32,000 nt of DNA from Nitrososphaera viennensis EN76 (GTDB lineage Archaea; Thermoproteota; Nitrososphaeria; Nitrososphaerales; Nitrososphaeraceae), in contig NZ_CP007536.1 in NCBI RefSeq assembly GCF_000698785.1, positions 1,350,001 through 1,382,000 on the forward strand, in the 5' to 3' direction. Position 1 is the first letter of the stretch; the number at the start of each line of letters is the position of its first letter. The notes under the pieces are model-generated. The model did not search any database. It was not told where the DNA came from and saw only the letters and a program-made list of their open reading frames with translations. Of the stretch, positions 7,913 to 15,299 are shown one piece after another. The position numbers and the translations under genes were made by a program.

Positions 7913-9556
7913 ATGTCAGGCCACGACATATTCCACATAGCCATACGACAGAACTTTTACCGTGACTCCATGCAGCTGCTAAAGATTTCTGATAGCACGA
8001 GGCGCGCTAGCAGGGGAGTCGTGGAAGCCTCTGTGATAATGGCCACTGCCACCAACAAGGAGATACTCATGCGCCGGGGCTTCCGGCCGTCTGCGGTCAA
8101 CGAGGCCCAAGAGTCGGACATCATTATAGCCATCAGGGCCGGCGACGAGGAGGCAGTAAGGCTGGCGCTTTTGGAGGCAGACAGGCTGCTTGAATCCCCA
8201 CAGGGCGCTTCAAGGCAGGACGAGCACAAGGCCGGCGACCTGGACTCGGCCCTGAGATCCATGCCGGACGCTAACCTTGCGCTCGTATCTATCCCCGGCG
8301 ACCATGTCAGAGAGGTCTCGCTGATGCTTGTCGAGCGTGGAGTGCACCAGCAGATATTCAGCGACCACGTCCCAGTTGAGGACGAGCTAGAGATCAAGAC
8401 GCAGGCTGCAGGCAAGGGAGTGCTGGTACTTGGGCCCGGCGCCGGGACTTCTATAATCAACGGCAAGGGAATCGGGTTTTCAAACGCCGTCAGGATCGGT
8501 CCTGTAGGCATAGTGGCGGCGGCAGGTACGGGGCTGCAAGAAGTCTCCACCCTGCTAGACCATTCGGGCATCGGCGTAAAATATGGCCTTGGCGTTGGAG
8601 GCAACGACCCCAAGGACAAGATAGGCGGAATAATGATGATGCAGTGCATCAAGATCCTGGAAAGCTATGCCGACATCAAAGTCGTCGGCATCGTTTCAAA
8701 GCCGCCGTCCCCGTCGGTGCAGGAAAAAATTGAAGACTATATCGCCAGGGACGGAAAGAAAAAGTACGTGCTGGCGTTCATAGGCGGAGCCAAGAGCGAA
8801 AAGAAAAGCGACAGGATAACCAGGGTCAACACCCTGGCGTCGGCGGTCCTTGCAACTGCCAGGCAGCTTGGAAAGGAGCAGATCGCGCAGGCAGTCGCGC
8901 AGACCTACATCCCGCCGGAAAAATTGCTGGCCCTCTTGGAAGGCGAATGGACCAAGCTGGCCCAAGGACAAAAGCGCATCAGGGCGCTCTACACCGGAGG
9001 GACTTTTACCTACGAGGCAGAGGTGATTCTCGGCTCCATACTACAAGGCGAACCCATCTATTCCAATTCTCCCATCATGGACATAAAGCAGCTTGACGAT
9101 TCGTTCAAGAGCCAGGAGACCTCGATTGTTGACCTCGGGGAGGAGGAATTCACAAGGGGCAGGCCTCACCCCATGATCGACCCGACCATAAGGCGGTTCA
9201 GGATAGCAGAGGAGGCGGCCGACCCGGACGTCGCCGTGCTCCTGATGGATTTTGTACTCGGGTACGGCTCCCACCCGGACCCTGTCGGCGCGGTCCTGAA
9301 CGAGATAAGCGATGCCAAGCGCGCCGCGGAAAAAGCAGAGAGGCACCTGTGCGTGATAGCCCATGTCTGCGGCACTTCAGGCGACCTCCAGGGATACGCC
9401 CAGAGCATCGAAAAGCTGACGCGTGCAGGCTGCGTGGTTTTGCCTACAAACGCCATGGCCGCGGTGGCTTCTGCCGTAGTTGCCCGGCGGGGCAAGGTGG
9501 ATATTGATAGAATCTATGCGCAGTACCTGACTGTGGACGGAGGCTCAATGAAGTGA
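7913..9556 (+). CDS. fdrA: FdrA-family protein (succinyl-CoA-synthetase-alpha-like; E. coli FdrA/YahF homolog)
   Basis: 547 aa. The N-terminus (IAIRQNFYRDSMQLLKIS...VIMATATNKEILMRRGF) parallels the FdrA N-terminus as I recall it. It has CoA-ligase-like Gly-rich segments and sits next to DUF2877, carbamate kinase and DUF1116 genes. Confidence 0.85.
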   Translation: MSGHDIFHIAIRQNFYRDSMQLLKISDSTRRASRGVVEASVIMATATNKEILMRRGFRPSAVNEAQESDIIIAIRAGDEEAVRLALLEADRLLESPQGASRQDEHKAGDLDSALRSMPDANLALVSIPGDHVREVSLMLVERGVHQQIFSDHVPVEDELEIKTQAAGKGVLVLGPGAGTSIINGKGIGFSNAVRIGPVGIVAAAGTGLQEVSTLLDHSGIGVKYGLGVGGNDPKDKIGGIMMMQCIKILESYADIKVVGIVSKPPSPSVQEKIEDYIARDGKKKYVLAFIGGAKSEKKSDRITRVNTLASAVLATARQLGKEQIAQAVAQTYIPPEKLLALLEGEWTKLAQGQKRIRALYTGGTFTYEAEVILGSILQGEPIYSNSPIMDIKQLDDSFKSQETSIVDLGEEEFTRGRPHPMIDPTIRRFRIAEEAADPDVAVLLMDFVLGYGSHPDPVGAVLNEISDAKRAAEKAERHLCVIAHVCGTSGDLQGYAQSIEKLTRAGCVVLPTNAMAAVASAVVARRGKVDIDRIYAQYLTVDGGSMK

Positions 9557-9562
9557 TGACGC

Positions 9563-9742
9563 ATGGGTAGCGAGGAGCGCGCAAGGAAACTTTTGGACTC
9601 GGAGCTCAAGGTCATCAACTTGGGCCTAGACGTTTTTTACAGTTCGCTAGAGATGCAGAACGTCAAGGTGATAAATGTGGACTGGAAGCCCGCCCCCAAG
9701 CTTGACGAGGAGTCTGAAGACATCTTGGACAAGATACTGTGA
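9563..9742 (+). CDS. Small 59-aa ORF resembling the N-terminal extension of long-form DUF1116 (YahG-type) proteins
   Basis: ATG at 9563, TGA at 9740-9742, sequence MGSEERARKLLDSELKVINLGLDVFYSSLEMQNVKVINVDWKPAPKLDEESEDILDKIL. It is below the ORF-track length cutoff. It fills the fdrA-DUF2877 gap exactly, 6 nt after the fdrA stop and 6 nt before the next start. The VINxGlxxFxxxLxxQxVxVxxxDWxP pattern matches my recollection of the YahG N-terminus. Confidence 0.5.
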   Translation: MGSEERARKLLDSELKVINLGLDVFYSSLEMQNVKVINVDWKPAPKLDEESEDILDKIL

Positions 9743-9748
9743 GGCACT

Positions 9749-10729
9749 TTGAAAGTCGAACCCCTGCCAAGTGTAGAGCCGGCCGTTTTTCAATGCAGTT
9801 CCATTGGCAGCGTCCACGGCACGCTGGCGCAAAGCCAAGGCAGGATAGGCAGGGTGATAAACGTCTTTGACACCACTATCAACATCCGCACAGACGGTGA
9901 CGAGCTTTTGGTTCTCACGCTGGGCAAGACGAAGTCGCCCATAAACGTGAATGTTGTCGGTGCCGGGCCGGCGCACAGTACGGGGTTTGCAGGCTTGGCA
10001 AGGCAGGGCAGCGACGCCGTGAGGACAAAGTGCGCCGGAAGGACAATGATCCAGGCCGGCAGGGTGCTAGTATCAATTGATAGGCAGGATATCTTTCAAA
10101 ATTCGCTGGATGAACCGGCGGCAGAGGCGCTGCGCACATTTGCGAGTGCAAGCGGCAGGGTGTCGTCGGCGCTTGCAGGCGAGGCGGAAAAAGGGAGGAC
10201 CGGCTGCCTGCTCAGGCCGGACATCACCACAGCGGGCCTGCTCAACGCGTTTTCTGGCCGGCTTTTGTCTGGCTGGTGCGACACGCAGGACGGCATGGCA
10301 GAGGCGCTTGCGGGATTGTGTGGGAGGGGGCCGGGGTTTACCCCTGCCGGCGACGACTTTATCGCAGGGTACCTTGCGATGTTCAACTGGCTTTGCAGCG
10401 CCCTGGAACTTGGACCCCCCATAATCCCCGGCGGCGAATTTTTGCGCCTGACCACCTGGACGAGCTTTAAACTGATGGAGTACAGCGCAAGAGACCTGCT
10501 TGACGAGCAGGCGCAGTCGATGCTCAATTCCGTGGCAGGAGGCAGGGCGGATGATTACGTCCGGTGCATCGAGGTCATTGGCAAGCGGGGCCACACCTCC
10601 GGCATCGATTTTGCCACCGGCGCCACGTTTGGCCTGTACACCGTCGCGGACAGCGTGTGCGGGACGAGAAGCCTCGGCGACATTTCAGGCCGCCTAGGCA
10701 TAACCTCATCAGGCCCGCAATTATCATAA
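9749..10729 (+). CDS. DUF2877-family protein (E. coli YlbF/YahE homolog)
   Basis: 326 aa with the GRGPGFTPAGDDFIAGYL motif typical of the family, in cluster context. The listed start is TTG. Confidence 0.7.
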   Translation: MKVEPLPSVEPAVFQCSSIGSVHGTLAQSQGRIGRVINVFDTTINIRTDGDELLVLTLGKTKSPINVNVVGAGPAHSTGFAGLARQGSDAVRTKCAGRTMIQAGRVLVSIDRQDIFQNSLDEPAAEALRTFASASGRVSSALAGEAEKGRTGCLLRPDITTAGLLNAFSGRLLSGWCDTQDGMAEALAGLCGRGPGFTPAGDDFIAGYLAMFNWLCSALELGPPIIPGGEFLRLTTWTSFKLMEYSARDLLDEQAQSMLNSVAGGRADDYVRCIEVIGKRGHTSGIDFATGATFGLYTVADSVCGTRSLGDISGRLGITSSGPQLS

Positions 10730-10779
10730 CTTGCGAATTCTAGCATATCTAAAATTGCTGCATGGCAAACTGAACTATG

Positions 10780-10789
10780 TTTATATAAT
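10780..10789 (+). promoter_or_regulatory. TATA box for the carbamate kinase gene
   Basis: TTTATATAAT is centred about 25 nt upstream of the first in-frame start (TTG at 10810). The only nearby ATG (10796) is out of frame. Confidence 0.5.
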
Positions 10790-10809
10790 TTTTCAATGGC
10801 AAGATTTCC

Positions 10810-12720
10810 TTGCAACAAATCCAGACCGTTGTCATTGCACTCGGCGGAAACGCGCTGTTAAAGCGCGACGACAAGGGAACTTTTGCGGAGCAGTTTGCCA
10901 ACGTCCAGGCGGCGGCAAAGGGAATAGCCGACCTTTTGCAGAAAGGGTACAGGGTGGTGCTCACCCACGGAAACGGCCCCCAGGTCGGGGCGACCGTGCT
11001 GAGGCACGAAGCGGCCAAGAACACGGTTCCCCCGTTCCCGCTTTACGCCTGCAATGCGGAAACGCAGGGGATGATAGGCTACATGGTCGTGCAGGGTCTC
11101 CAGAACGAGCTTGACGCAAGAGGCATCAAAAAATCAGTCGTTTCGCTGGTCACGAGGGTCGTGGTCAATCAGGCGGACCCTGCCTTCAAGAACCCGACCA
11201 AACCGGTCGGCCCATATTTCGAGAGGCATCAGTACCCGAACCTGCTCAACATTTTTGAGGGCTACAAGCAGGGAGCCAGGTACGTCAACCCGGACATCAG
11301 GGTGCTTGCGGCGTACCTCGGCGACTGGGACAGCCCCCTCAAGGGGAGGGAAGTTGCCATGGTGCAGATAGGCTCCGGGGCGGATGTTTTGCTTCACACC
11401 GCCGACACGTCGGGCCACGGCGTCATAGAGGCTGCCAAGGAAAAGGGGATTTACGCGTTTGGCGCAGTTGCAGACCAGAACCGGCTGGCGCCGGACACCG
11501 TGCTGACGTCATTCGTGCTTGACATAGACAAGGCGTTTGACCAGGCCGTGCAGATGGTCCTGCAGGACAAGTTTGAAGGCAAGGTGTTCAAGCCCGGCAT
11601 AGAGGCCGAGAAAGGAGGTCCGGGCGACGGCATCGTGTACCTGGCGCCGTTCCACAGCCTAGACGGCAAGGTCTCTGTGAAGGTAAAAAAGAAGCTGGAA
11701 GAGCTGACCCGGCGCATAATAAGCAAAGAGATAACCGTCCCTGAAAAGTACGAGGCGACCACCGACACTATAGCAGGGCAGGTGCCTTCTGCGCCGGCTA
11801 GAAAGCAGCTAAAGATAGCGCTCGTCACGGACGCCCTTTTCAGCGACGGAGGGTGGGGGGCGACTGCGTACAGTGCAGGCAAACTGTTGGAGAGTAAGTA
11901 CGGGTACAAGCTGGCTTATGCTGAAAACATTGCAATACCGGACATTGAAGCTACATTAAGGCAGTACGCGAATGACGGCTACGACCTGATAATCGCGCAC
12001 GGGTTCCAGTGGGGAGACCCGGCAGTCAAGGTGGGCAAGGACTATCCAAACACCAAGTTCGTGGTGTTCACCGGACTTGTCAGCTCGCAGAACGTGGCCT
12101 CCATCTTCCCGATGCAGCAGGAAGGCACGTTCCTGCTGGGCGCGCTTGCCGCAATGATGAGCAAGACGGGCATCATCGGGTACGTGGGGGGAGACCAGAT
12201 TGACAGGTTCATTGCCGACGACGTAAAATTCACCTTCAAGTACCAGGGGGACAGCAGGTACAGGAGGGTGGTGCCTTCCCCGAAACCCGTCGCAATACTG
12301 GAGCACCAGGCGATCCGCTTGCTGGCCGACGCGGGCTTTGTGGTGGTCGCCTGCGGCGGCGGTGGCATCCCCGTTATTGAAGTAGCAGGCGGCTGGAGTG
12401 GGGTTGACGCGGTCATAGACAAAGACCTTGCGGGCGAGAAGATGGCAAGGCAGATCGGGGCTGACAAGTTTGTCATCCTGACAGACGTGGACGGCCTGTA
12501 CATGGACTACAAGAAACCCACGCAGAGGCTGGTCAAGGAAGTCAGGGTCGGCCAGCCGGGAGCGGTCAACATTTCGCAGCTGGAGGAAGGGAGCATGGGG
12601 CCCAAGGTCGGCGCCTGCCTAGAGTTTGTGAGAAATGGCGGGAGGGAGGCTGTCATTGCTAGCCTTGATAGGCTCGTTGACGCGGTTGAGGGGCTGTCGG
12701 GAACCCACTTTTTCCCGTAG
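10810..12720 (+). CDS. Carbamate kinase with an in-frame inserted, circularly permuted BMP-type solute-binding domain
   Basis: Residues 1-141 (VVIALGGNALL, VLTHGNGPQVG, DPAFKNPTKPVGPYF) and 464-636 (RRVVPSPKP, VVACGGGGIPV, VDAVIDKDLAGEKMA, ILTDVDG, GSMGPKVGA) together make a colinear 314-aa carbamate kinase. Residues 142-463 are BMP-family sequence. The reading frame is uninterrupted. Confidence 0.85.
   Translation: MQQIQTVVIALGGNALLKRDDKGTFAEQFANVQAAAKGIADLLQKGYRVVLTHGNGPQVGATVLRHEAAKNTVPPFPLYACNAETQGMIGYMVVQGLQNELDARGIKKSVVSLVTRVVVNQADPAFKNPTKPVGPYFERHQYPNLLNIFEGYKQGARYVNPDIRVLAAYLGDWDSPLKGREVAMVQIGSGADVLLHTADTSGHGVIEAAKEKGIYAFGAVADQNRLAPDTVLTSFVLDIDKAFDQAVQMVLQDKFEGKVFKPGIEAEKGGPGDGIVYLAPFHSLDGKVSVKVKKKLEELTRRIISKEITVPEKYEATTDTIAGQVPSAPARKQLKIALVTDALFSDGGWGATAYSAGKLLESKYGYKLAYAENIAIPDIEATLRQYANDGYDLIIAHGFQWGDPAVKVGKDYPNTKFVVFTGLVSSQNVASIFPMQQEGTFLLGALAAMMSKTGIIGYVGGDQIDRFIADDVKFTFKYQGDSRYRRVVPSPKPVAILEHQAIRLLADAGFVVVACGGGGIPVIEVAGGWSGVDAVIDKDLAGEKMARQIGADKFVILTDVDGLYMDYKKPTQRLVKEVRVGQPGAVNISQLEEGSMGPKVGACLEFVRNGGREAVIASLDRLVDAVEGLSGTHFFP
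11404..11672. repeat. Block A copy (inverted repeat of 2827..3095)
   Basis: 269/269 identical to the reverse complement of 2827..3095. It encodes HGVIEAAKEKGIYAFGAVADQNRLAPDTVLTS...APFHSLDGKV. Confidence 0.9.
11801..12146. repeat. Block B copy (inverted repeat of 3319..3664)
   Basis: 346/346 identical to the reverse complement of 3319..3664. It encodes KQLKIALVTDALFSDGGWG...MQQEGTFLLGALA. Confidence 0.9.
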
Positions 12721-12825
12721 CGCTTGGCTTGCGATCAGAATCCTCCTATTTTGTGATATATACTAATTTGAAGATCCTGCCGCAATTAAACTTAAATCGC
12801 AACTTCAAGACGTGCTTGCTGACAC

Positions 12826-14088
12826 ATGGCAGAAGACATAAAGGTCAAAATCGAATCTGCAAACAAGGACGCAATACAAAAGGTTCTTTCCTCAAGACCC
12901 TTTCTTGTAGACGTCAGGCCCGCAATAGAAGTCCTGCCAGACATGAAAAAGAGGTCGATATTCCATGCAGGCCCGCCGGTGGACTGGAAGAGGATGTGCG
13001 GGCCCATGAAGGGGGCCGTGGTAGCCACCGTCATCTTTGAAAAGTGGGCCAACAGCTGGGACGAGGCTGCCAAACTGGTGGAGAGCGGAGAGGTCGAGCT
13101 TTCGCCCAACCACGACCACGACGCGGTGGGGCCCATGGCCGGCGTCATATCCCCCTCGATGCCGGTGTTTGTTGTCAGGAACGAAAAGCACGGCAACACC
13201 AACTACGGGAGGATAGTAGAGAACAAGGTTCAGTTCGGAGCCTACGACGCGCAGGCGATAGAATCGCTAGAGTTCTGGTCCACCGTCCTTGCGCCGGCAA
13301 TACGCAAGGCGCTTGAAAGGATCAAGCGGGCAGGCGACAAGGGCATAGACCTGAAATCCATCATGGCCAAGGCCCTGTACATGGGCGACGAGCTGCACAA
13401 CCGCCCGGTGGCAGGCACGGCACTCTTTGCAGTGGCCATAATGCCGCACATGGTGGAGACTGTGGAGAAGGAGCAGCTGATAAAGGTCATAGACTATTTT
13501 GCCGCAAACGAGATCTTCTTTTTGTGCCTGGCGATGGCCGCCTGCAAGGCCACCATGAACGCTGCTTCAAACATTGAACACAGCACCCTTGTAACGGCGA
13601 TGGCCCGCAACGGCACCGACTTTGGGATAAAGGTGAGCGGCCTTGGAAACCAGTGGTTCACCGGGCCGGCCGGGATGATACGCGGCATGTACTTTCCGGG
13701 ATTTGGCGACAAGGACGCCAACCCGGACATGGGAGACAGCGCGATAACAGAGACGGCAGGTGTCGGGGGCTTTGCGCTTGCCGACTCGCCGGCGATACTT
13801 TCGCTTGTCGGCGGGACCGCGGAGGACGCCCTAAAGTACACCAAGCAGATGCGCGAGATTACCATGGCATCAAACGACACCTTCCTCGTCCCCATATTTG
13901 ACTTCCAGGGCACGGGCACGGGAATAGACATCCGAAAGGTCGTGAAAACGGGCATACTGCCGGTGATCGACACCGCAATAGCCCACAGGGAGCCGGGGAT
14001 AGGCATGATAGGCGCCGGCCTTGTCAACCCGCCGATGGAGGCTTTCAAGGGTGCGCTTCGTGAATTCGCGCGCAAGTACAAGCTCTAG
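12826..14088 (+). CDS. DUF1116-family protein (E. coli YlbE/YahG homolog)
   Basis: 420 aa. HAGPPVDWKRMCGPMKGAV, SPNHDHDAVGPMAGV, NPDMGDSAITETAGVGGFA and NTAIAHREPGIGMIGAG closely parallel YlbE/YahG as I recall them. Confidence 0.85.
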   Translation: MAEDIKVKIESANKDAIQKVLSSRPFLVDVRPAIEVLPDMKKRSIFHAGPPVDWKRMCGPMKGAVVATVIFEKWANSWDEAAKLVESGEVELSPNHDHDAVGPMAGVISPSMPVFVVRNEKHGNTNYGRIVENKVQFGAYDAQAIESLEFWSTVLAPAIRKALERIKRAGDKGIDLKSIMAKALYMGDELHNRPVAGTALFAVAIMPHMVETVEKEQLIKVIDYFAANEIFFLCLAMAACKATMNAASNIEHSTLVTAMARNGTDFGIKVSGLGNQWFTGPAGMIRGMYFPGFGDKDANPDMGDSAITETAGVGGFALADSPAILSLVGGTAEDALKYTKQMREITMASNDTFLVPIFDFQGTGTGIDIRKVVKTGILPVIDTAIAHREPGIGMIGAGLVNPPMEAFKGALREFARKYKL

Positions 14089-14091
14089 GGG

Positions 14092-15210
14092 CTAGAACCT
14101 CTGAATGATGTTAAAGAAGGTGTCACGCTGCGCCGGCTCGCGCTTTATCTCGCGCACCATGCTTGCAAGCTCTTGCAAGGACGTCCCGCTTGCCTTTCCT
14201 GCCGCCTTGAATATCTCCTCTGAAAAGGCCGTTCCCACCATGTCGTTTCCGCCGTACGAAAGCGCGACCTGCGATATCTTTTTGCCAAGCGCCACCCAGT
14301 ACACCGAGATGTTCTTTAGCGTGTTTCCAAGCAAGAGCCTTGACACTGCTATCACGCGCAGGTCGTAAGGCGACGAGCTCTCGGATTTTATCATCTCCTT
14401 TTGCTCAAGTTCCGTGTTTTCAAGGCTGAACTTGAGCGGGATAAACGTCGTAAAGCCGCCGGTCTTTTTGTGCAGCTCGCGTATCTTGATGACGTGGTCA
14501 ACAATGTGCTCTGGTTTTTCAATGTGGCCAAAGAGCATCGTGCAGTTGCTGCGGATGCCAAGCTCGTGCGCCTGCCTTGCAGTGTCGAGCCACTCTTCGC
14601 CGGAGCACTTGCCTATCACTATTTTCTTGCGGGTGTCAGGATGGAATATCTCCGCCCCGCCTCCCGGGAGCGCGTCAAGGCCGGCAGCCTTTAATCGCAA
14701 GAGTACTTCTTTTACAGAGTTGCGTGTCAGGCGCGCGATAAAGAACACCTCGGCTGGGGTGAGCGCCTTTATAGTCACCTTTGGATGCTCGGACTTTATG
14801 GCGCGCATCATGTTTTCGTAATATTCAAGCCCCAGCTTGGGGTGAAAGCCGCCGACGATGTGGAGTTCGGTTGCTCCCATCTGCTCTATAGCTATCTTGG
14901 CCCTTGCGACAACCTGCTCGGTAGAAAGCGTGTAGGCGTCCTCCTCGTTGCCCTTGCGATAGAATGCGCACAATGGACAGCTGGCGGCGCACACGTTCGT
15001 GTAGTTGAGATAATAAGAAGCGACAAAGGTCACAGTGTTGCCGCACAGGTCGCGGCGCAGTCTGTCTGCAGCCGCGCCGAGCAGAAAGAGGTTTTCCTCG
15101 TTCATCAATTGAACGCCGTCCTCGTAGGACAGCTCCTCCTCTCCGGCAAGCGCCTTTTCAAGCGCCGGCGTCCCGCCGACCTTGCCAAAGGCGTCAGCTA
15201 TTGACTGCAA
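14092..15210 (-). CDS. Radical SAM enzyme of the MqnC/MqnE (futalosine pathway) / CofH-like family
   Basis: 372 aa with NYTNVCAASCPLCAFY (CxxxCxxC), a GGxHP motif and a C-terminal MqnC/CofH-type region. MqnC versus MqnE cannot be decided by eye. Confidence 0.8.
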   Translation of the reverse strand: MQSIADAFGKVGGTPALEKALAGEEELSYEDGVQLMNEENLFLLGAAADRLRRDLCGNTVTFVASYYLNYTNVCAASCPLCAFYRKGNEEDAYTLSTEQVVARAKIAIEQMGATELHIVGGFHPKLGLEYYENMMRAIKSEHPKVTIKALTPAEVFFIARLTRNSVKEVLLRLKAAGLDALPGGGAEIFHPDTRKKIVIGKCSGEEWLDTARQAHELGIRSNCTMLFGHIEKPEHIVDHVIKIRELHKKTGGFTTFIPLKFSLENTELEQKEMIKSESSSPYDLRVIAVSRLLLGNTLKNISVYWVALGKKISQVALSYGGNDMVGTAFSEEIFKAAGKASGTSLQELASMVREIKREPAQRDTFFNIIQRF

Positions 15211-15299
15211 CAGTGTGTAACTTGCCGTTAGGCCATTATAAATTTAGGCTCCCTCTCCAAATCATTAAATAGCATAAAGAGGCCAAAACAGTCAGACAT

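Larger units (their letters stand above)
11233..12198 (+). other. Inserted domain: binding-protein residues about 174-351, a 12-aa linker (TIAGQVPSAPAR, nt 11767..11802), then binding-protein residues 42-173
   Basis: The insert starts at YPNL and ends at GYVGGDQ. These segments are contiguous (VGGDQ|YPNL) in the protein encoded at 2328..3785. The signal peptide, the Ser/Thr-rich domain and the PEFG anchor are absent. Confidence 0.85.

Noticed and set aside
9551-9600. C-box-like GTGATGA at the fdrA stop as a possible C/D box sRNA
   Set aside because: No matching D box or terminal stem occurs at the right distance. The sequence is explained by the stop codon and the following start region.
10073-10594. 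173-aa and 143-aa reverse ORFs and several + strand alternative-frame ORFs inside the DUF2877 gene
   Set aside because: They are Arg/Ala/Pro-rich shadow frames of a GC-rich gene that carries a family motif (TPAGDDF).
11451-11909. 152-aa reverse ORF, with its near-twins at 2731..3048(+) and 3556..3903(+)
   Set aside because: These antisense ORFs recur only because the underlying DNA blocks are duplicated. They are shadows of the binding-domain coding sequence.
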